63,134 nucleotides of DNA, filler included, from Chloroflexota bacterium (GCA_043754535.1; 5 parts of 5 records of this genome joined end to end with filler, not necessarily neighbours in it); one strand, 5' to 3'. Positions 1 through 10,344 are shown, numbered from the whole stretch's first letter. Numbers and translations: made by a program. Notes: generated from the letters alone by a model not told the origin.

Positions 1-141
1 AACCATCCTCGCAGCAGCGAACTGGCAGCCTGCAAGAGGGGCGGGTAAGCCCCACGCCTTGCCTTTATTCTAGCAGACCATCTTGGCACGAGTCAACGCT
101 GTCAATCCAGACTTAAAATCTGCTAACCATACGCTAAACTA

Positions 142-3100
142 CTACCAACGATGCACAACCTGGTAGAGGGTGCGCGCTAGCTCGGCGCGGGTGAGCGGCT
201 GGTTGGGGGCAAAGCGGTTGCTGCTGCCGCCGTAACCGCTGACCAGCCCGGCATAGCGGGCCGCCTCGACGTAGCGGTAGAAGGGGTGGTCGGCTGGCAC
301 ATCTACGAAGTGAGCCTGGGCCGGGGTGACGAAGGGTAGCTCCAGGGCCAGCACCTCCATCTTCACCACCTCGGCTCGGCTGAGGGCGCGGTTGGGGTAG
401 AACAGGCCGTTCTGCCCACTGGCTACTCCCCGCGCCCGCAGCGTCTCTACGTAGGGGTAGGCCCAGTGGACGGCTGGCACGTCGCTGAATGAGGGGCTGG
501 TGGGGGTGAGGGTCGGCCAGCCCATTGCCACAGTCAGCATCTTGGCAAACTGACCGCGTGAGCCAGGCGTGTTGGGTCGGTAGCTATTGTCCAGATAGCC
601 TTCGATGATGCCCCGGCAGTAGAGGTCTTTGATGTAGGGGTAGGCCCAATAGCTCTCACCAATGTCGGTGAAGCTGGCGCGGCAGGGGCGGGGGGTGTCG
701 GTTGGCTGCGGGGTTGGATTGCCGTAGCGCATAGTGAAGGGGATACTAGCCAGTTCGCCCGCGTTGGCGGGGCCGAGGAAGATTTGCCCCTTGTAGACCC
801 CTGTGGTAATGTCTGGCTTGTTGTAGCTGACGGTGAAGGTGTAGAGGCGGCCTGGTACTATCGTAGTGCTGATCACGCTGGGGCTGATCGCCATGTTGCG
901 GCCACCGATCACGGTAGTAATCAAGTCGAAGGAGGTACCTGCGGCGGGGACGCGGGTGCCATCTATGCGGAACCGCCAGCCGCCGTCTTCCACCGGGGCG
1001 AAGCGCACGTACTCCTCGCCGTTAGGGGCGGCGGAGATCGCCACCTGGTTCCAGCGGCCATTGCTCCAATGGTCAACGAATAGGTCAACATCTGCATCGC
1101 TGTCGGCGTGGGTGCGGACTTCGAGGGCGGCGGCAGAGTGTACATCCAGATAGGCGAAGTAGGTGCCGTATTGCTGCACGAACAGGTTGTTTTGCCGTTG
1201 CTCTTGGCCCAGGCCGAATGCGCTGGCCCTGAGGCCGCCACTGATCGTGTAGCCGGTGGTAAAGGTGAGCGTTTGGGTGCCATAGAAGTTGGGCGCGTCG
1301 AAGTCGAAGTTGCTCGGCCCAATCTTGACCAGGCTGAGGGTGTTGGTGTAGCCCGCGCTGGGTGCCGCCCCGTCGTAGCCAACTGCGTGGTGGACGATCT
1401 CGTGGTCAAGCTGCTGCTCGATATTGTAGGGGCGGCTGGCAACCCACTCCTCTGGGCCGTCGGTGATCGTCTTGAAGCTGTAGCTGCCGCCGCCCGCCCA
1501 GGCATCTGCGCTAGCCGCCGCCAACCACTGGCTGTAGCTACCGAACAGAGCCGGGTAGTAGACGCTAAAGAAGTCGAAGGGCGAGGCGTTGAGCAGGGTA
1601 GTATCCAGGTCGGTGGGGAAGGCGGGCCACTGGGTGTTGGCCCAGAGCCAAGTGTAGTCGTCAATACGATCTACATTGCGAGCGAAGGCGATGCGCCACT
1701 CGCCACTGTCGGGCCGCCAGTCCCAGTCGGAGGAGCCGGTGATGCGGCTGCTGTCGTAGCTGGTGTTGCGGGCTGGCTCGTTGCCCCAGCGGGCGTTGAG
1801 CGAGGAGGCGCGCAAGTTAGCCAGCACTGGCACGTACTGCACGTGGCCGTCACTGCCACTGACGGTGATCGCCCCACCGTAGGCACCCACCCCACTACTG
1901 GCGGGGGGCTGGAAGCGGGCGACGACCGGGAGGCTGCTGTGGGCTGGCACGCTCAGGCTAGCGGGGCTGACACTTACCATGCCCCAGGGCTGATGTTTGT
2001 AGAAGGTGAGCATCAAGGTGACGTTGGTATTCGGCTGGAAGGGTGTGCCGTAGCGGTGTTGCAGGCCAACAAAGAAGCCGTCAGTCACACGCTGCCGAGG
2101 TCGCTGCACCCAGGCTTGCACAACAGTGTTGGCGTTGTAGCCGTAGTCGAAGCGGCTTAGTTCGCCATACTGCAACTCGCCTGCGTTGACCGTGCCATTC
2201 TGGTTGCTATCCACCCAGGCACGCCCATCGTGGTTGCGGTCGCGCCAATTGTAGGCGACCACCGCCCAGGCGTTGTCACCCAGCAGGTAGGGGGAACGCG
2301 GGTTGCTGTCGGTCATCTGGCCGTAGGGGTAATAGGCAGTGATCTGCACCAGGTCGCTATCCGCTGGGATGTCGTTGCTAAAGTTCCACAGGTAGTCGGG
2401 GCGGGCAATGTCGCGCCCACTCTCCTGGGCATTATGGGTTAGCACAGTGCGGGTAATGCTGCCAGTCTGCACCAGTTGATCGCTGGCGAAGCTAAAGCTC
2501 TGGGGCGCATTGCTGCTGTTGGTGACGTAGAGGGTGGTAGTCAGCGACTCGCCGGGGGCAATGCTGCCAACTGCCCCAGCAACTGGCGCACCGACGTTGA
2601 TCGCCGAGGGGCCGACGTAGCTGCCGCCCTGCTCCAAAGCGATATCTACCGCCCGATTGCCGTTAATCTGCCCGGCCCCCTGGGTGAACACATCATAGTT
2701 CAGGTTGTCTGCCGAAGCCTTGATCATATCGCGCATTACCAGGCTGTCTGGGTAGACGCTGTGCGCCTGGTAGTAGGCCTGGGCTGTGATGGCGACGATG
2801 CCTGCGGCGATGGGGGTAGACAGGCTGGTGCCGCCCCACGAGTCCCAGGCGTTGGCCCCATCCTTAACCTGGTTGAGAACCACATCGCCCGCCCCCCACG
2901 CCCCGACCGCCACCACATCAGGCTTGGGTAGGCCCGCGATACTCGGCCCCCGATTCGACCAGGGCTGCACGTCGCCAGAGAGTATCTCGGCGGTGCTGCT
3001 GATCGGCTCAAAGCTGCTGGTCTCGCCATACTGGGTGGAGGCACCGACGGTAATCACGTAGGGGCTGCTGCCTGGTGGGGTAATCGAGCCGTAGCCGGGG

Positions 3101-4791
3101 CCGCCGTTGCCCGCCGCCACCAGCATGGTAAGGCGCGGGGCGTAGGTACGATTGAGGTAGGAGAGGTAGCGGCTATGGAAGTCCCAGCCGTTATCGGAGC
3201 CGCCGCTGAAGCCATAGCTGAGGCTGGCGACCTGCGGCTGGTTGAGGCTATCGGGCTGCGCGTCGTAGCCGAACATGATCAGTTCGTATGCGTCATAGAA
3301 GGTAACACCAGCATGGTAGATGTCGCCCACCGCGATGATCTTCGCTTCGGGGGCCATACCCTGCACCATGCCACCAGCATCGGCGGGCTTGTAGGGGGGG
3401 TAGCCGATGTGCTGGCCGTTGATCCGCCCCTGGGCCACCACCGCGGAGGCGCAGAAGGTACCGTGGTCGGCACCGTAGTTGAAGCTACCCATGAAGGCTA
3501 CCAGGTTGCCGTTCTGCGGGGCAAGCAGGCTGTAGAGCCAGCCGCCACCGGGGATCGGCGTACTACCGTCGGCGATGTAGTAGATCATCCCTGCGCTCAA
3601 GTCGGCCACGCCGTCGCCGTTGCGGTCGAGGGTGGCGACCTCATGGCCCTTGTAGGTGGGAGCATCATCGCGGAAGTCATGGTTGCCGTTCAGGTCGGTA
3701 TACACCGTATCGTAGACCCCTGGCGTATGTGCGTCTACCACAGCCACTGCCATGTATTCGTGGTAGAGGTCGAACACAGCGTACTCGTCGGGGTGCAGCC
3801 CCACATGGTAGACCCCGCTCAGGCTGCCGCCCGGCATGGTATAGCTGACAGTGCGGGTGATCCAGCCCTCGTTGGTAAAGGTAGCATTGAGGATCGGGCC
3901 GCTAGTGCCACGCAGCGTCGCGCTGGTATCGGCGTACCACGACTGCCAGCCAATCGCCCCGTTATCGGCATTGTGGCTGATGCCATAGTTGTAAATCTCC
4001 ATAGACCAGGGATCGTAGGCCAGCGGCCAGCCGTAGTAGGGCGAAGCCGGGTTGTCGTCGCGGGCCATCGTCCCTTGCAAGTCGGGGTGGCCGAAGTCCA
4101 CGCCAGTGTCCAGCACGGCCACCTTCACCCCTGCCCCTTTGTAGCCACGCTGCCAGGCCGCGCGCACGTTCATCACGTCGGGGCTGTGCCAGCTATCAGG
4201 GACGGCTGCGGGCTGCTTAGCCACCCCCGACTGGCTGGGCGTGGGGGCGTAGCGACTGTAGTCGGGCTGGTAGTCAGCACCGAGGGCAATGCGGGCGTTG
4301 CGGTCAAGCTGGGGGCGGCGGTCGGGGCGGTCGAGCGGTTGGGGGAAAGGCTTGGTCGCCCGATTGTCTAGCACCTGCACGACATTGCTGGGCGCACCCA
4401 GCTTCAACACATCCGCCGCTGCCGCCTCACCAAAAGAGAAGATCAGGCCATTGGCATCGGGGCGACGCGAGACGCGGTTCTGCAAAGGGTAGTTGCCCGG
4501 CAACGCCCCCATGCTGACTACCAGCACGGGCAGGCGCGCTCCTGGCTGGCTGGCGGTGGCAATATCGCGCAGGCTGGGGCTGACCTTCCCCTTGTAAGCG
4601 TCGCTGGCGGCCTCTACCCGGCCCGCGTAGGCCGTTGGCAGCGCAGCAGCCTTGCTGCTCTGGTCGCTGGCGGTGGGTGGTTGCGGGCGGTTAGGGCCAG
4701 CCGGGGCGGACTGCGCCAGCACCACTGGCAGCAGCCCGCCGAGCAGGGCGAAGGTGAGCAGCAGGGCAGGCAGGCGGCGAACACGGGGCAT
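142..4791 (-). CDS. Secreted S8 (subtilisin-like) serine peptidase with C-terminal SLH repeats
   Basis: Signal peptide; catalytic motifs VAVLDTG, DHGTFCA, AAGNGG and GGTSLS; large insertion between the Asp and His motifs; three SLH-like repeats (FTDI..YW, FSDV..HW, FVDV..HP). Confidence 0.92.
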   Translation of the reverse strand: MPRVRRLPALLLTFALLGGLLPVVLAQSAPAGPNRPQPPTASDQSSKAAALPTAYAGRVEAASDAYKGKVSPSLRDIATASQPGARLPVLVVSMGALPGNYPLQNRVSRRPDANGLIFSFGEAAAADVLKLGAPSNVVQVLDNRATKPFPQPLDRPDRRPQLDRNARIALGADYQPDYSRYAPTPSQSGVAKQPAAVPDSWHSPDVMNVRAAWQRGYKGAGVKVAVLDTGVDFGHPDLQGTMARDDNPASPYYGWPLAYDPWSMEIYNYGISHNADNGAIGWQSWYADTSATLRGTSGPILNATFTNEGWITRTVSYTMPGGSLSGVYHVGLHPDEYAVFDLYHEYMAVAVVDAHTPGVYDTVYTDLNGNHDFRDDAPTYKGHEVATLDRNGDGVADLSAGMIYYIADGSTPIPGGGWLYSLLAPQNGNLVAFMGSFNYGADHGTFCASAVVAQGRINGQHIGYPPYKPADAGGMVQGMAPEAKIIAVGDIYHAGVTFYDAYELIMFGYDAQPDSLNQPQVASLSYGFSGGSDNGWDFHSRYLSYLNRTYAPRLTMLVAAGNGGPGYGSITPPGSSPYVITVGASTQYGETSSFEPISSTAEILSGDVQPWSNRGPSIAGLPKPDVVAVGAWGAGDVVLNQVKDGANAWDSWGGTSLSTPIAAGIVAITAQAYYQAHSVYPDSLVMRDMIKASADNLNYDVFTQGAGQINGNRAVDIALEQGGSYVGPSAINVGAPVAGAVGSIAPGESLTTTLYVTNSSNAPQSFSFASDQLVQTGSITRTVLTHNAQESGRDIARPDYLWNFSNDIPADSDLVQITAYYPYGQMTDSNPRSPYLLGDNAWAVVAYNWRDRNHDGRAWVDSNQNGTVNAGELQYGELSRFDYGYNANTVVQAWVQRPRQRVTDGFFVGLQHRYGTPFQPNTNVTLMLTFYKHQPWGMVSVSPASLSVPAHSSLPVVARFQPPASSGVGAYGGAITVSGSDGHVQYVPVLANLRASSLNARWGNEPARNTSYDSSRITGSSDWDWRPDSGEWRIAFARNVDRIDDYTWLWANTQWPAFPTDLDTTLLNASPFDFFSVYYPALFGSYSQWLAAASADAWAGGGSYSFKTITDGPEEWVASRPYNIEQQLDHEIVHHAVGYDGAAPSAGYTNTLSLVKIGPSNFDFDAPNFYGTQTLTFTTGYTISGGLRASAFGLGQEQRQNNLFVQQYGTYFAYLDVHSAAALEVRTHADSDADVDLFVDHWSNGRWNQVAISAAPNGEEYVRFAPVEDGGWRFRIDGTRVPAAGTSFDLITTVIGGRNMAISPSVISTTIVPGRLYTFTVSYNKPDITTGVYKGQIFLGPANAGELASIPFTMRYGNPTPQPTDTPRPCRASFTDIGESYWAYPYIKDLYCRGIIEGYLDNSYRPNTPGSRGQFAKMLTVAMGWPTLTPTSPSFSDVPAVHWAYPYVETLRARGVASGQNGLFYPNRALSRAEVVKMEVLALELPFVTPAQAHFVDVPADHPFYRYVEAARYAGLVSGYGGSSNRFAPNQPLTRAELARTLYQVVHRW

Positions 4792-4965
4792 GGGCGATGC
4801 TCCTTCCAGGGCAGCAAGCAGTGAGCTTCAGGTTCGTAGCTGAGGATCAGATGTAGCAGGCACCTTTTTATTATACACCCATCGAAGATACGCCACAAAG
4901 TGCGTGGACGGTTTCATAGCTATTCACTTTAGGCTATAATTACCTCCTGAAGGAGGCCACATTGG

Positions 4966-5391
4966 ATGAAGATCGTTGAACTGAGCAGCGAAGGTGAGTG
5001 GCGCGAAGCGTTCCCCCTCATGCAGCAGTTGCGCCCCCACCTGGATGAGGCGCAGTACCTGTCGCTGCTAGCTGCGATGAAGCCGAGCGGCTATCGCCTG
5101 TTCGCCCTGCGCGAGGCAGAGGGCGGGATCGTTGCGCTGGCGGGCCTGACCCTGACCACCAGCCTGTACGACCTCGACCACCTCTTTCTCTACGACCTGG
5201 TGACCGACGAGGCGCGGCAAGGTGCAGGCTTCGGCAAGCAGATGTTGGGCTACGTAGAGGATTTTGCGCGCGAGAACGGCTGCACTGGTGTCACCCTTAG
5301 TTCTGGCTTCCAGCGTACGCGGGCGCATCGCTTCTACGAGCAGGGGATGGGCTACAGCAAGACAGGGTACAGCTTCAGGAAGCGGTTCTGA
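4966..5391 (+). CDS. GNAT family N-acetyltransferase
   Basis: DLVTDEARQGAGFG acetyl-CoA motif and AHRFYE; RBS GAAGGAGG. Confidence 0.9.
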   Translation: MKIVELSSEGEWREAFPLMQQLRPHLDEAQYLSLLAAMKPSGYRLFALREAEGGIVALAGLTLTTSLYDLDHLFLYDLVTDEARQGAGFGKQMLGYVEDFARENGCTGVTLSSGFQRTRAHRFYEQGMGYSKTGYSFRKRF

Positions 5392-5535
5392 GCCGTGAAA
5401 TAAGGTGAGTAGTTAATCTGCGCACTCTTTGCCAGGTTGGTGGCGGCTGTGGTAAGATAAGCATCTAACCGTTGAAGTACCGCCCTCTGGCAGAGGACGG
5501 CATCAGGATGAAGATAGAAGGAGCAAGAGTAAGTA

Positions 5536-7857
5536 ATGCGCAAGGTACTAACATTCTTCTCGGCGATCATGGTACTGGGGATGCTGCTTGGCAGCCTCAA
5601 CCAGCCGCCCGCTGCGGCCCAGCCCGTGACTGGCAATGGCGACGAACAGCAGAGCCGCCTGATCCTCGAAGGGAAGGGCGCGCAGCCCTACCAGCCGATT
5701 GGTCAACCTGACTTGACGATCAGGCCCAGTTCGCAGCCGCTAACCAGCACTGTACCGAACTATCGGGCCACCCTCGACGATAATAGTAGTTGCAACAATG
5801 GCCCTGGCGGTGCCTTCACCAGTTGCTCGCAGCAGGAGCCGCACCTGGCAGTCAACCCCACCAACTCGAACAACGTGGTTGCTGCTGCCAAAGACTGGCG
5901 GCCCCCCACCAACGAGAAGCTGATCTGGATTTACACCACCTTTGATGGTGGCGCAACCTGGATCAACCAGCCGATCACCTACACCGCCGCCGCCGGGGTG
6001 GTTAACTCCAGCGACACCATTGTGCAGTTCGACGCGCTCGGCAACGTCTACGTCAACTCCCTCGTCTACAACGCCACTGCGCCAGGGAACTACGTGGTCA
6101 GCAGCACCAATGGCGGCCTGACCTGGAGTACTGCGGTGCAGGTAGATAGTGGTGACGACGACAAGAACTGGATGGCAGTGGACAACAACCCCACCAGCCC
6201 ATTCTTTGGCCGCCTCTATGTATGCTGGTGGGATACGACTGGCAGCAATAACTATTGCAGCTATTCTAGCAATCGGGGAGCCACCTGGTCAGCGCGGGTG
6301 CTAGTCGGCTCCTGGTCGCAGGGTTTCCTCTACCCGGTCGTCAACCCTAACGGCTTCGTCTACATCTTCTTCAAGAGTGGCAGTGCCTACAGGGTGATCA
6401 AGTCCACTGACGGTGGCGTGACCTGGGGGGCGGCCACTAATGCCGTGAGCGGGGCCAGCACGATTGGCAGCAACCGCGCTGGGCGGGCCTGGCGGGTCAA
6501 TAGTATGCAGGCTGCTGCCGCAGGGCCAGAGGGCAACCTCTACCTGGTCTGGCTCGACACCCGCAACAACGCCACCAATGGCTGGGACATCTACTACACG
6601 CGCAGCACAGATGGTGGCACCACCTGGTCTGTGCCTACGCGCCTGAACGACGACCCGACCGGCCTGGTGCGCGACCAGTTTGAGCCTGCAATCAGCGTCG
6701 CCCCTAACGGACGGGTGGACGTGCAGTGGAGCGATATGCGCGACGACCCAGCCAATACCGTAGCCCACATCTACTACACCAACTCGACCGACCGAGGCGC
6801 AACCTTCGCTAGCAGCCAGCAGGTCAGCACCGCAGCCTCTAACCTCAGCATCGGCATCCCTGCCAACTCGAATGGCTCAGGGGGCGACTATAACGGCATC
6901 GCTTCGCACAACGATGGAGCCTGGATGGCCTGGACGGACACCCGCAACAGCGCGGAGGATATCTACGCTGCCCGTGTTCCCTTCACTGGCACAGTTGCCA
7001 CCCCGGTAGCGACCGCCAGCCCAGTGGTGACTAGCACTGGCACTGCCACCGCCGTGGTGACTAGCACTGGCACTGCCACCGCCGTGGTGACTAACACCGC
7101 CACCGCCACTGCCATAGTCAGCGTGACAGTCAGCCCAGTGGTCACTGTCACCACCACCGCCGTAGTTAGCGTGACAGTCAGCCCAATCGTGACTGGCACT
7201 AGCACTGCCACCGCCGTAGTCAGCCCAACCGCCAGCGCGACCGTGACTGGCACCACTGGCACGCCAACTGCCACTGCGACCGCCTGTGGAATCCGCTTCA
7301 GCGACGTGCCGACCACCAGCATCTTCTACAACGACATCCAGTTCCTTGCCTGTCGGGGCATCGTCAACGGCACTGGTGGCGGCCTCTTTAGCCCCGCTGC
7401 CAACGCCACTCGCGGCCAGTTCGCCAAGATCGCCGCGCTAGCCTTCGCCATCCCTGCCTTCACCCCGACCGCGCCCAGCTTCCGTGACGTAGCTGCCAGC
7501 AGCATCTTCTACCAGTACATCGAGGCTGCCGCCCACGCTGGGGTAATCACCGGCCTCACCACCGCACAGTGCGCTGCCCTAGGGGTTAGCGGCCCGTGCT
7601 TCGGCCCCAACCTCAACATCACGAGGGCGCAGGTGGCACTGATCACCCAGCGGGCGAAGAACTACCCGGTTGTCACCCCTACTACCCCGACCTTCGTGGA
7701 CGTGCCAGCCAGCAGCTTTGCCTACGGTGCGATTGAGACCTTGAACAGCAGGGGGATCATCAGCGGGGCCGCCTGTGGCAGCAACCGTTGCTTCCGCCCC
7801 AACGACAGCATCCGCCGCGACGAACTGAGCCGTGTGGTCTACAACGCCTTGCGCTAA
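5536..7857 (+). CDS. Secreted BNR/Asp-box (sialidase-fold) beta-propeller protein with Thr-rich linker and SLH repeats
   Basis: Repeated S/T-x-D/N-x-G-x-T-W Asp-boxes, signal peptide, T/A/V-rich linker, three SLH-like repeats. Confidence 0.88.
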   Translation: MRKVLTFFSAIMVLGMLLGSLNQPPAAAQPVTGNGDEQQSRLILEGKGAQPYQPIGQPDLTIRPSSQPLTSTVPNYRATLDDNSSCNNGPGGAFTSCSQQEPHLAVNPTNSNNVVAAAKDWRPPTNEKLIWIYTTFDGGATWINQPITYTAAAGVVNSSDTIVQFDALGNVYVNSLVYNATAPGNYVVSSTNGGLTWSTAVQVDSGDDDKNWMAVDNNPTSPFFGRLYVCWWDTTGSNNYCSYSSNRGATWSARVLVGSWSQGFLYPVVNPNGFVYIFFKSGSAYRVIKSTDGGVTWGAATNAVSGASTIGSNRAGRAWRVNSMQAAAAGPEGNLYLVWLDTRNNATNGWDIYYTRSTDGGTTWSVPTRLNDDPTGLVRDQFEPAISVAPNGRVDVQWSDMRDDPANTVAHIYYTNSTDRGATFASSQQVSTAASNLSIGIPANSNGSGGDYNGIASHNDGAWMAWTDTRNSAEDIYAARVPFTGTVATPVATASPVVTSTGTATAVVTSTGTATAVVTNTATATAIVSVTVSPVVTVTTTAVVSVTVSPIVTGTSTATAVVSPTASATVTGTTGTPTATATACGIRFSDVPTTSIFYNDIQFLACRGIVNGTGGGLFSPAANATRGQFAKIAALAFAIPAFTPTAPSFRDVAASSIFYQYIEAAAHAGVITGLTTAQCAALGVSGPCFGPNLNITRAQVALITQRAKNYPVVTPTTPTFVDVPASSFAYGAIETLNSRGIISGAACGSNRCFRPNDSIRRDELSRVVYNALR
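7024..7113 (+). repeat. 30-bp coding tandem repeat in the Thr-rich linker (two exact copies, one degenerate)
   Basis: GTGGTGACTAGCACTGGCACTGCCACCGCC at 7024 and 7054, variant at 7084. Confidence 0.9.
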
Positions 7858-8047
7858 GGTTAGCAAGCGGCAAGAGAGGCGGTGGCACACATTTGTATGC
7901 CACCGCTCTTTCATTCTCTACATCTTTTGGCCTATTTCTGAACTGTTTGACAGCGTAGGGCAGTATATATGGCACAAGCACACGCTGCACGAAGATGCAG
8001 CACAACCGGCATGGCTAAGCGGCGGGGAAGTAGCAGGTTGAGGTGCA

Positions 8048-8085
8048 GGTTGCTTGTTGACAAGCAACCACTCATCTGATACACT
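8048..8085 (+). promoter_or_regulatory. Sigma70-type promoter of the opp operon overlapped by a perfect inverted repeat
   Basis: TTGACA (8057-8062), 17 nt, TACACT (8080-8085); GGTTGCTTGT-TG-ACAAGCAACC at 8048-8069. Confidence 0.6.
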
Positions 8086-8134
8086 TGCGCCTAACAAACA
8101 AACCCCCGCCTTTTCACATCCAGGAGGTAGTATC

Positions 8135-9385
8135 ATGACGACGTATCTGATCCGTCGCACTTTGCAGGGCATCATGGTTCTGTTCTTCGCGTCGTCCCTC
8201 ATCTATCTGCTGCTCGATGCGAGTGGTGGCCCGCTATCCCAGCTTAACGGCCAGAGCTTTAGGAATGCGGGCGAGAAGCAGGCCAAACTCAAGGAGTTGA
8301 AGAAGAAGTACCATCTGGTCAATCTAGATAATAGCGAGCGCAACGTGCTCGAGCGGTATGCTGCCTGGCTTTTTAACGTAGACCCAGAAGGCGACTCTGA
8401 TCCCTACTTCCTGCAAAACAAGATTGATGCTGCTAACCGCGTCATTGCCAGCACCAAACCCGGCAGCATCTCCTACACCCAGCAGCAGCTTGCCTTGCAA
8501 GATGCTCAGTCGAAAATCGGCAAGGCGGCGGAGAACCTGGGTGCCTGCAAGAACCTGTTCAGCGGCGACAACTTCGGCAAGTGTATGTCGGTACAGCGCG
8601 TCGGTGGCATCCTCAGCGGCAACTGGGGTACCTCGCTGACCGTCGCCAACAACGAGCCAGTGCTGCAACTGATCTTCGGCAAGCCGGGTGAACACCTACG
8701 AAGCAGCCTCGCAAACACCCTCGTGCTGCTTACCCTTTCCCTGCTACTCTCACTGCTGATCGCCCTACCCATCGGCATCTACTCGGCGGTCAAGCAGTAT
8801 TCGATCACCGACTATACGGTGACCACCCTCAGCTTCTTTGGCCTCTCCATGCCCTCGTTCTGGTTCGGCCTGATGCTAATCCTGATCTTTTCGCTCTGGC
8901 TCGGGTGGTTGCCTAGCGGCGATATCGTAGACCACCTGGAGAACAAGGCAGAGTATGGCGACATTGGTGTGCGCCTCAGGCACCTGATCATGCCCCTTGC
9001 CGTACTGACGATTACCAGCATCGCCGGTTGGAGCCGCTTCCTGCGCGCCTCGATGCTCGAAGTGCTGCGCCAAGACTATGTGCGAACCGCCTGGGCGAAG
9101 GGGCTGCGCCAACGCGCCGTGATCATGAAGCACGCCCTCCGCAACGCCTTGATCCCGCTCGTTACCCTGATGGCTCTGGCGGTTCCTGGCCTGTTCGGTG
9201 GGGCGATCATCACCGAGCGCATCTTTAATTACCCAGGCATGGGTACGCTCTACTTCCATGCCATTGGGCGCATTGACTGGCCGGTGGCGATGGCCTTCCT
9301 GCTGATCAGTTCCTTCCTGGTGATCCTCGGCAACATGTTTGCTGACGTAGCCTACGCCCTGGTTGACCCGCGCATCCGCTACTAA
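8135..9385 (+). CDS. oppB: Oligopeptide/dipeptide ABC transporter permease
   Basis: YLIRR start, MPSFWFGL, RASMLEVLRQDYVRTAWAKGL, DPRIRY end; ATG 8135 after AGGAGG. Confidence 0.92.
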   Translation: MTTYLIRRTLQGIMVLFFASSLIYLLLDASGGPLSQLNGQSFRNAGEKQAKLKELKKKYHLVNLDNSERNVLERYAAWLFNVDPEGDSDPYFLQNKIDAANRVIASTKPGSISYTQQQLALQDAQSKIGKAAENLGACKNLFSGDNFGKCMSVQRVGGILSGNWGTSLTVANNEPVLQLIFGKPGEHLRSSLANTLVLLTLSLLLSLLIALPIGIYSAVKQYSITDYTVTTLSFFGLSMPSFWFGLMLILIFSLWLGWLPSGDIVDHLENKAEYGDIGVRLRHLIMPLAVLTITSIAGWSRFLRASMLEVLRQDYVRTAWAKGLRQRAVIMKHALRNALIPLVTLMALAVPGLFGGAIITERIFNYPGMGTLYFHAIGRIDWPVAMAFLLISSFLVILGNMFADVAYALVDPRIRY

Positions 9386-9429
9386 CCTGTCGCTGGTAGT
9401 GCGCTAGCTATACAAGAAGGAGAGCCACC

Positions 9430-10344
9430 ATGGCCGTTGCCCAGAACACCCTTGACCGCGAAGTAGTCAGCACAAGCAAGATTGAGAGCCAGCTAAGCGT
9501 CACCTGGAGGCGGTTTCGCCGCCACAAGTTGGCCTTCCTCGGCCTGTTCATCCTCTCGTTCCTCATCCTGGCGGCCCTGACAGCCCGCTTGTGGACCCCC
9601 TACGATCCCTACGCTGCCCCACCCCCCGCAGTACGGCCCTTCTCTAGCCCGATGTACAAGGCAGCCAACAATGACATATTCATCGCTGGCACCGACGATA
9701 TTGGCCGCGACTTCCTCAGCCGCCTGGCCTACGGCGGGCAGATTTCGCTCTCCATCGGCATCCTGGTCACCATCCTGGTTGGCCTGATCGGCACAGCAGT
9801 CGGGGCAATCTCTGGCTACTTCGGTGGCATAGTAGATAGCATCCTGATGCGGATCGTGGATGTCCTCCTCTCGCTGCCCTTCTTGCCGCTGATCCTGGCG
9901 GTCAGTGCGCTGCTCGGTCAGGGCTACTGGACGATAGTGTTGGTGCTGACTGCGCTCGGCTGGACTACAACCAGCCGCCTGGTACGCGGCACGATCATCT
10001 CGCTCCGCAACCTTGAATACGTGGAGGCGACCAAAGCCCTGGGCGCAAGCAACACGCGCATCATCACCCGTCACCTGCTACCTAACTCGCTTGCCCCGAT
10101 CATTGTGGACGCGACCCTCAATGTGGGCGGCTTCATCCTCATCGAGTCGGCGGTTAGCTTCCTCGGACTGGGCATCGTGCCACCCATACCCAGTTGGGGC
10201 AATATGCTCTCCGACGCAGAGGGCTACTTCACCAACGCCCCTTTGCAAATCATCTGGCCGGGCCTGCTCATCTTCCTCACCGTGCTGTCGATCAACTTCA
10301 TCGGTGATGCCCTGCGCGACGCGCTCGATCCTCGCTTGAAGTGA
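9430..10344 (+). CDS. oppC: Oligopeptide/dipeptide ABC transporter permease
   Basis: GTDDIGRD, EYVEATKALGA, SFLGLG, GDALRDALDP. Confidence 0.93.
   Translation: MAVAQNTLDREVVSTSKIESQLSVTWRRFRRHKLAFLGLFILSFLILAALTARLWTPYDPYAAPPPAVRPFSSPMYKAANNDIFIAGTDDIGRDFLSRLAYGGQISLSIGILVTILVGLIGTAVGAISGYFGGIVDSILMRIVDVLLSLPFLPLILAVSALLGQGYWTIVLVLTALGWTTTSRLVRGTIISLRNLEYVEATKALGASNTRIITRHLLPNSLAPIIVDATLNVGGFILIESAVSFLGLGIVPPIPSWGNMLSDAEGYFTNAPLQIIWPGLLIFLTVLSINFIGDALRDALDPRLK

Noticed and set aside
784..4898. Long overlapping or antisense ORFs here and across the window (e.g. 1108-2160, 3175-4371, 32178-33014)
   Set aside because: Shadow frames of real genes in GC-rich DNA, with no recognisable motifs.
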